A stretch of 64,000 bases of DNA from an uncultured Rhizobium sp. (GTDB lineage Bacteria > Pseudomonadota > Alphaproteobacteria > Micropepsales > Micropepsaceae), in assembly GCA_964572805.1 (NCBI GenBank), contig CAZNGO010000043.1, positions 47,568-111,567 on the forward strand. Reading direction: 5' to 3'. The translations under genes were made by a program, and so were the position numbers. Of the stretch, positions 58,595 through 64,000 are shown piece after piece; position 1 is the stretch's first letter, and each line of letters begins with the position of its first letter. Below the pieces are notes generated by a model. It saw nothing but the letters and a program-made list of their open reading frames with translations, made no database searches and was not told the DNA's origin.

Positions 58595-59308
58595 TCAGGC
58601 GGCAGGACGCTCCAGCCCAAGCCGGTCCCGCAGCCGCCGGACTGACGTTTCATGCCAGCGACCGCCCTCGCGGCGCGTTTCGATTCCGTTGTCGTTAAGC
58701 TGCTTCGCAATGGCCTTGTCACTTAGACCTTGGGCGACGTAGGGAGCGATAAAGTCTTTCATTCCATTTGCGAACTTGTCCGCCGCCTGTTCCGCGCCCT
58801 CAACTGCCGCCACATTGCCATACAGGGCGACATGCGCGACCAATGGGGCCGCTCCGCCGGGCCCGCCTAGCTTGATGCCACGCGCAACAGCAGCCGCCAG
58901 CGCCGCCTTGGTTCGGGCTGAGATTGCCCTAGCCTCCTCCTCAGCCACCACGGCCATAATGCCAAGCTGTAGGGTGCTGGCGTGGGGCGTATCGGCAAAG
59001 ACCACCTTGACCTTGGAGTCGTCCAACAACGTCAGAACCTCGCTGGCGCGCCTGCCGATGCGGTCCAGCTTCGCCACTACAAGCGTTGACCGGGTAGCCT
59101 TTGCCAAGGCTATGGCCCTTTTGAGCGCCGGGCGGGCCTTTAGGCCGGACTTTACCTCCCTGAAGCTTTCGACAACGCGGGCATTGTGGAAGGCCACGTA
59201 GTCAGCCAGCAGCTTGTCCTGAGCCGCCATGCCGAGCCCGTTCATGCCCTGTGTCCGGGCCGTGCTGACGCGGGTGTAAGTCACCACCTTTTTGACCGTT
59301 TGCAGCAT
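58595..59308 (-). CDS. small serine recombinase (resolvase/invertase family)
   Basis: The ATG at 59308 gives MLQTVKKVVTYTRVSTARTQ (catalytic Ser context). LVVAKLDRIGRR is present. The C-terminus has LNDNGIETRREGGRWHETSVRRL. Confidence 0.9.
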   Translation of the reverse strand: MLQTVKKVVTYTRVSTARTQGMNGLGMAAQDKLLADYVAFHNARVVESFREVKSGLKARPALKRAIALAKATRSTLVVAKLDRIGRRASEVLTLLDDSKVKVVFADTPHASTLQLGIMAVVAEEEARAISARTKAALAAAVARGIKLGGPGGAAPLVAHVALYGNVAAVEGAEQAADKFANGMKDFIAPYVAQGLSDKAIAKQLNDNGIETRREGGRWHETSVRRLRDRLGLERPAA

Positions 59309-59310
59309 AA

Positions 59311-59346
59311 ACACAATCTCCCTAACGCCCGTTCGGGAGATTGTGT
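59311..59346 (-). promoter_or_regulatory. 12 bp perfect inverted repeat over the recombinase ribosome-binding site
   Basis: ACACAATCTCCC, a 12 nt spacer, then GGGAGATTGTGT. On the mRNA the 3' arm contains the GGGAG Shine-Dalgarno sequence 9 nt from the ATG. Confidence 0.6.
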
Positions 59347-59687
59347 GGCATGGCATTGTGAGGGAGTCAAACGGGGTCCGGGGGCGATTTGGCCGGTCTG
59401 GCTGGCTTGACTGCATCGGTTGAGCGCAGCCGCCCGCGTGGCAGGGCGCGAGGATCGCGCCGGAGGCGCGGGCCGAGTTAGCAGGGCAGACAGGACCGCC
59501 GGAGCCGCCCTTAGCTGCCCCCGCAAAAGCCAAAATAAATAGGATTATTCTCCGTGTACGGACTTTCTACAGGCGGTGACGGGCAGGAAAGCTGATTATT
59601 TGGCCGATGAATCTGCTGGGTACGTGTTTACACCGGATACTTTGGTACCAACCCATCTTGGGGCGAGAAATGCCAGCGGAGGGGCAC

Positions 59688-59727
59688 AAAAAAGCCCCTT
59701 CGCAGCAGAGCAGTGCTGCGAAGGGGC
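59688..59727 (-). terminator. strong rho-independent terminator (minus strand)
   Basis: On the minus strand: GCCCCTTCGCAGCA-CTGCTC-TGCTGCGAAGGGGC followed by TTTTTT. The stem is a perfect 14 bp. Confidence 0.78.
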
Positions 59728-59998
59728 CGAGCGGTTGAGCGTCAAGGGGATGCGGCGGTGTTGCAAGTCGCGGCATAGCTGCCGACGCGGACCGTTGGAC
59801 ATAGTATCTCGCGCATCGCGGGACAGGTCAACGAATCCATGTACGCGCTTCGCGCGCTTGCCCGCCTGCGGCGGCAAGTCTGCGATCATCACATCGGAAA
59901 AGGCGAACAGCCCGCGCGGTGTGAAGGCGCGCGGGCCGCTCGGATCGTCCGGAGAGGGGCAGACGATGTTCCGGTAAATCCGGGGGCGCTTGGTATTA

Positions 59999-60121
59999 TT
60001 GTCCCCTGTCCCCCCAGAATTCAAAGATTTGAAATCTACTTGAAAACGATACGTAACGCCCTCCGTACGTATGGCGGGGGGTACGCGCCCCCCCGTTCCG
60101 TTGGGGGGACACGGGGGACAA
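59999..60121. repeat. structured G/C-tract inverted repeats around an AT-rich core (candidate ori or recombination site)
   Basis: TTGTCCCCTGTCCCCCC (59999-60015) pairs with GGGGGGACACGGGGGACAA (60103-60121). Between them lie AGATTTGAAATCT, two TACGTA boxes and GGGGGGTACGCGCCCCCCC. Confidence 0.4.
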
Positions 60122-60123
60122 CA

Positions 60124-61569
60124 TCATTCCGGGCTGCGTTCGTAACCCCGCTTCGGATTCTTTTCTCCATCTACGCGAGGCTTCACGCGCCGCCAGCCGA
60201 GGCGCCTCAGAATACCGCCAATCCTTTTCGCATCGGTTTCCCTCATTTGCAGCTTTTCCAGCCCAATGGCGTCTTTAAGAATTTCGGCAGAGGTCACAAA
60301 CAACAAACCCGGGTTTGCCGCCAAATAGGCTGCGACCAAATCTTCCCACGGTTCCTCGACCGTCCGCGAAGCTTGGATTGCGCGGGCAACCTCCCAGAGG
60401 TTTTCCGGCAAAACTGTGGAGTAGCCGTCGCGATACATCGCCAACGCCTCCGCCCACAATTGCAAACGGTCCCGTTCAAACTCTGTCGGCTTCAAATCTG
60501 TTGTTTCCACCGGCAGGTACCGGCGATTGCCTGTTTTGTCCTGCAAGTAGATCGACTCATTGGTAGTGGCGATAAAGATTCCCCTGCGAGGAAAATCCTT
60601 AACTGCACGACCATAGGGCAGGCGAATGCGATCTGTCTGCCGCGAGTTAAACGCCTTCATCGCGTTCAAATCGGCCCGCGAGGCAACATCTAGTTCCGCC
60701 CATTCAATGATGTTCTTTCCCTGAATCTTTTGAATCGTGTCCTTGCTGCGCACGTCTCCAATATCCGGGTCAGCGTAAAATTCTCCGCCAAGGGTCCGCA
60801 ACATAGCGGACTTGCCCTTGCCCTGAATCTCGCCTTCTAAAACGAGCATAGTGTCAAACTTGCAGCCCGGCTCATATTCGCGCTTGATTGCGCCTACAAG
60901 CGTGATTGACCCAGCGGCGCTAACATACGCGCGTTGCTTCTGTTTCCATTCGCGCTCCTCCTTGGAGTCGCTGTCCTCGTCCTCAGGCGATACAGCGCCA
61001 AAATACACCGCTAAAAAAGTCGGAACCCGCTTAATGCCGTCATGCTTGGGAAGGGATTCGAGAAACTCCCTAAATGGCGCGACCGGATTTTGCTGACAGA
61101 GTGTTTCGACAGCTTCCCAGACATGCTGCTTCGTAAACTCGGCATCGGTATTGAAATGCAAGAAATCGCGGATTTCGATGGCAAGCTTGTCATCCATCGT
61201 TTCGCCGAAATGTGACTTAGACCACGGAACGGAGTGGCCACGAAAGAGATAGTCGCCCGTTGTAATGTCATAGGCGAAACCCCAATCCTGCTTTTCGAGT
61301 AGCAAAAGTGCGTTTGTGTAAGTTGGCCGAATTGAACCATCATCCTCGATACTGACCGAGGGCGGAATAACGAAACCAAGCGTGGTCCGCTTCGCCATTG
61401 CCTTTTGCTTCTTTGATAGCTTTTTTGCGCTTCGCTTTGCTCGATCAATTTCATTGCGGCGTTCGCGCTTCGCTTCGGCCGCTTCCTCAGGTGTAAGGCT
61501 AACCGGAACATCCTCAAAAATGTTCTCGGTTTGATTAGTGTCAGTAATTGCTTTGGTCATTTTCTTCAC
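60124..61569 (-). CDS. VirE-family (virulence-associated protein E) helicase/NTPase
   Basis: Walker A LEGEIQGKGKSAMLRTLG, FIATTNE, RRYLPV. It lies next to a PrimPol gene. Confidence 0.87.
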   Translation of the reverse strand: MKKMTKAITDTNQTENIFEDVPVSLTPEEAAEAKRERRNEIDRAKRSAKKLSKKQKAMAKRTTLGFVIPPSVSIEDDGSIRPTYTNALLLLEKQDWGFAYDITTGDYLFRGHSVPWSKSHFGETMDDKLAIEIRDFLHFNTDAEFTKQHVWEAVETLCQQNPVAPFREFLESLPKHDGIKRVPTFLAVYFGAVSPEDEDSDSKEEREWKQKQRAYVSAAGSITLVGAIKREYEPGCKFDTMLVLEGEIQGKGKSAMLRTLGGEFYADPDIGDVRSKDTIQKIQGKNIIEWAELDVASRADLNAMKAFNSRQTDRIRLPYGRAVKDFPRRGIFIATTNESIYLQDKTGNRRYLPVETTDLKPTEFERDRLQLWAEALAMYRDGYSTVLPENLWEVARAIQASRTVEEPWEDLVAAYLAANPGLLFVTSAEILKDAIGLEKLQMRETDAKRIGGILRRLGWRRVKPRVDGEKNPKRGYERSPE

Positions 61570-62518
61570 ACTGCATTACAAAAGCTCGCGCCCGTTCGAT
61601 TGCGCGAGGCAAATCCGGTCCGGACATGTAGCGCCTGACATCGCGTCCCGGACCTTTGGGCGCGGTATCAATCATCATCCTCAGCGCGGACATGATTGGT
61701 TCATCCGGCGCGTCAACGCCGGACATAAAGAAATAGCGGATTGCGTTTTTGTAGATCGGTTTGTCAAAGCCGCCGAAGCCGGGGCCGTCGCCGATAAGCA
61801 ACGACGCCGGATCGTGTTCGCGCTTAACGCGCGGGCCGCGACTAACTGGCGATGATGTACGCGGGCGCTCTGACGTTTCGCCGTCCAAATCCTTTTTCGG
61901 AAGGAACTCCCACCATGCAGCGGGGCATTCCGCCAGTTCAACCTCGCCCGGAGCGCAACCGGGAGACCACTGGTAGCGCGGGCCATACGAATGAAGGTTG
62001 CCGGGGATGACCGCGTATCCATGCCACCCACGGACATCAATTTTCGGGTAGCCGGGTAAACCCTGTTGGTTCATCCGGTCATCGCTGCCGGGCGGCGGGC
62101 GAAGCCAGATATGCTCCCCGCCATCAGGACGCCCAGACCTCACCCGCCACGTATTACGCGGCAATGTGCCGAGTACGGATTCAGCCTTTGCAAGAGACGC
62201 GCGACCTTCCTCTCCATCCACATCAATAATGACAACCCCACCATCGCGGCCAGTTAAAATCAGCCAGCCGGGATTGCGCTTGCGGACATGCCATGACGCG
62301 ATGACTTGAGGGCTGGATGACGCCCTGAATTGAAACTTTCCGATTGCTGGCTTTTTTGTTTCCCGGACACCGGGGAAGGGACGCAAGCCGTGCTCTGCAC
62401 CAAGCAACAAGGCCACCGGGAGCGGATGCGGCGCGCGATAACCCGCGCCTGCAATGCGGGGATCGAGGTTTTGAGACACGAGGGCGCGCTCGACGCGCGC
62501 AATGGCTTCGGAGTTCAT
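61541..62518 (-). CDS. bifunctional DNA primase/polymerase (PrimPol, AEP family)
   Basis: GVVIIDVDGEEG (DxD) and VRSGRPDGGEHIWLRPP (sGxGgxH). Confidence 0.83.
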   Translation of the reverse strand: MNSEAIARVERALVSQNLDPRIAGAGYRAPHPLPVALLLGAEHGLRPFPGVRETKKPAIGKFQFRASSSPQVIASWHVRKRNPGWLILTGRDGGVVIIDVDGEEGRASLAKAESVLGTLPRNTWRVRSGRPDGGEHIWLRPPPGSDDRMNQQGLPGYPKIDVRGWHGYAVIPGNLHSYGPRYQWSPGCAPGEVELAECPAAWWEFLPKKDLDGETSERPRTSSPVSRGPRVKREHDPASLLIGDGPGFGGFDKPIYKNAIRYFFMSGVDAPDEPIMSALRMMIDTAPKGPGRDVRRYMSGPDLPRAIERARAFVMQCEENDQSNY

Positions 62519-62709
62519 GCTTGCAACACTATTCAGCGCCGCGCCGTGGGGCGCGAACGGTTACGGCGTTAGGTGCCTTGGAACCTTGATCCCATTAGCC
62601 TGCTTGGTTGGATAGCGGCTGCGGCGGGATCGCCGTGGGGGTCCATTGGGCGGACCCCATCCCTAGAAAATCAGACTGCCAGACTTTCTGGCGCTGTCAA
62701 GAATTGCGA

Positions 62710-63033
62710 CTAGCCCACCGCCACGTCCACGATCCGCACCGCCAACGCGGCGAGCGATCCGGGCTTATCCATGAGTATCTTTTGCCCATCAATATGAACC
62801 GCCATGCCATCTACCTTGACGCCCACAACGCGGCCCTTGCCGCTGGACTCGGTCAAATAGAGCAAGCCGCTCGCCCGGCTGGTGCCCAGTTCCAGACTGA
62901 GCCGGACGTTGAAGCCTTGCGTTTCTAGGCTGGATTGGGCCGCCGTAATCGCGGCGCAAAGAGTGGAGCGGACGAGCGACTCCATCGCCAGCCCGTCCGG
63001 GGCGGTTGCATCAAGTGCAGCGATTGCGTTCAT
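62710..63033 (-). CDS. hypothetical protein
   Basis: 107 aa. Four-nt overlap with the upstream ORF. No family was recognised. Confidence 0.42.
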   Translation of the reverse strand: MNAIAALDATAPDGLAMESLVRSTLCAAITAAQSSLETQGFNVRLSLELGTSRASGLLYLTESSGKGRVVGVKVDGMAVHIDGQKILMDKPGSLAALAVRIVDVAVG

Positions 63034-63452
63034 GACAGAGACCGCCCTTCCGCCGCGCCGCGTGATACAGGAGCGGAAAATGCCGACGCTTGGGCCTCAG
63101 CCATGCAAATCAGTGACATCAGGTAATCAGCCAACCTTTGGGTACCGGACGCCCCGGCCAGAAATAGCTCGTCGCCCCCGATGCGCAAGCAACTCACGCC
63201 GGTGATTTTGACCGGGTACGTAAAGGAGTCGCGGCCCACCTCAATCCGCAGCAGCGCCGCGTTCGTTTCTTTCATAAAATCGAGCGTGACGTGCGTCGCG
63301 CGACCTTGACGGATCAGGTACTGGCAAAGTTCGGCGACCGTTGCCGCGAGCAACCCGCGTGACGTTGCGTTGCCATTGCTGCCGCAGCCGCCGGCATAAT
63401 GCGTCAAGTTCGGCGCAAAAAGATCGGGCGCTGCGGCCTTGGACTTAGCCAT
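63030..63452 (-). CDS. hypothetical protein
   Basis: 140 aa. Overlaps the neighbouring ORFs at both ends, consistent with an operon. No family was recognised. Confidence 0.42.
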   Translation of the reverse strand: MAKSKAAAPDLFAPNLTHYAGGCGSNGNATSRGLLAATVAELCQYLIRQGRATHVTLDFMKETNAALLRIEVGRDSFTYPVKITGVSCLRIGGDELFLAGASGTQRLADYLMSLICMAEAQASAFSAPVSRGAAEGRSLS

Positions 63453-63771
63453 TTGCGCGCTTCCTATGCCGCCGCGAAACCTCCGCCAGCGTAGCCACAG
63501 CTTCCAGCCTCTGCTTCGCAGACAGGCGGTGCTTTTGGGCCGCTGGGACTGGCGATGGTGGGTAGCGCGTTTCCAGCACGAGCAGATCAGCGGGCGTGCA
63601 ATCTAACTCGCGGCAGAGCCGCGCCAGACGGTCGAAACTGATGCACTGGACGCGCCCACGCTTCATCTGGGAAAAATTGCTTTCGCGCACGCCAATGGCC
63701 CGCGCAACGTCGCGGCCCGTGCGACCGGAACGCGCCAGCATTTCTGCCAAACGGAATTTGACGACCTGCAT
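63445..63771 (-). CDS. XRE-family HTH regulator
   Basis: The ATG at 63771 gives MQVVKFRLAEMLARSGRTGRDVARAIGVRESNFSQMKRGRVQCISFDRLARLCRELDCTPADLL. Confidence 0.75.
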   Translation of the reverse strand: MQVVKFRLAEMLARSGRTGRDVARAIGVRESNFSQMKRGRVQCISFDRLARLCRELDCTPADLLVLETRYPPSPVPAAQKHRLSAKQRLEAVATLAEVSRRHRKRANG

Positions 63772-63980
63772 TAGACCCTCCCTTCGGCGCGAGCGTTGGC
63801 GAAATGGAGCTTCTCGACCGGCGTCATCTTTGCGAACGCGGCGCGTTGCGCAGCAGTCAACGGGGGCGGCGTATAAACATCGCGCTTCTTGGGGCGGAAA
63901 GTTTGTTCCCATTCCGCAACGCTTTGTTTCAAGGCGGGCGGCAACGTGCTGATGTCTCCGGCGGGCAAGACCACCGCCAA
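63771..63980 (-). CDS. hypothetical small protein
   Basis: 69 aa. Its TAA stop shares one base with the ATG of the XRE gene (TAATG). Confidence 0.4.
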   Translation of the reverse strand: MAVVLPAGDISTLPPALKQSVAEWEQTFRPKKRDVYTPPPLTAAQRAAFAKMTPVEKLHFANARAEGRV

Positions 63981-64000
63981 ATCGTCGTAGCAACCCGGAT

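Noticed and set aside
59567-60024. Track ORFs 59576..59977(+), 59596..60024(-) and 59567..59776(-) between the recombinase and virE
   Set aside because: They cross a perfect 14 bp terminator hairpin. They have Arg/Cys/Pro-rich composition and no start context. I treat the interval as non-coding.

Overview
This window is a high-GC alphaproteobacterial chromosome segment, judged from gene content and synteny. No rRNA, tRNA or CRISPR array was recognised.

Positions 1-45,400 are ordinary housekeeping core, tightly packed and with many 1-4 nt overlaps between genes. They include hemD, tsaD and xthA, a leuS-lptE-holA-hisF operon, yggS, a class A PBP, coq7, gluQ and hisE. The conserved block tsaB/rimI-fur-plsC-miaB-phoH-ybeY-corC-lnt is also present, along with nfu, htpX, rsmB, a ferredoxin/FNR pair, a PQQ dehydrogenase and a DUF885 protein.

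From 45,475 to the window end, everything is lower-GC accessory DNA inserted into one gene, comM/yifB. There are three layers:
- **Transporter IS (45,518-49,820):** a 4.3 kb IS1595-family element with perfect 24 bp inverted repeats and an 8 bp target duplication sits in codon 14-15 of comM. It carries six passenger ORFs of unknown function.
- **Island module 1 (50,434-57,756):** at the comM Walker-A position an island begins with a 26 bp sequence that recurs identically 7.3 kb later. This module holds a type II CBASS (CD-NTase, Cap2, Cap3, and a divergently encoded 2TM/beta-rich effector) plus a secreted HExxH protein and an FGE-sulfatase-domain protein.
- **Island module 2 (57,757 to beyond 64,000):** this looks like a satellite or integrative element, with a small serine recombinase, a PrimPol, a VirE-type helicase and an XRE regulator.

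The best candidates for something undescribed are:
- the passenger genes of the transporter IS;
- the repeat-delimited modular architecture in comM;
- the small unannotated cargo genes next to CBASS.

None of these can be assigned a function from sequence alone.
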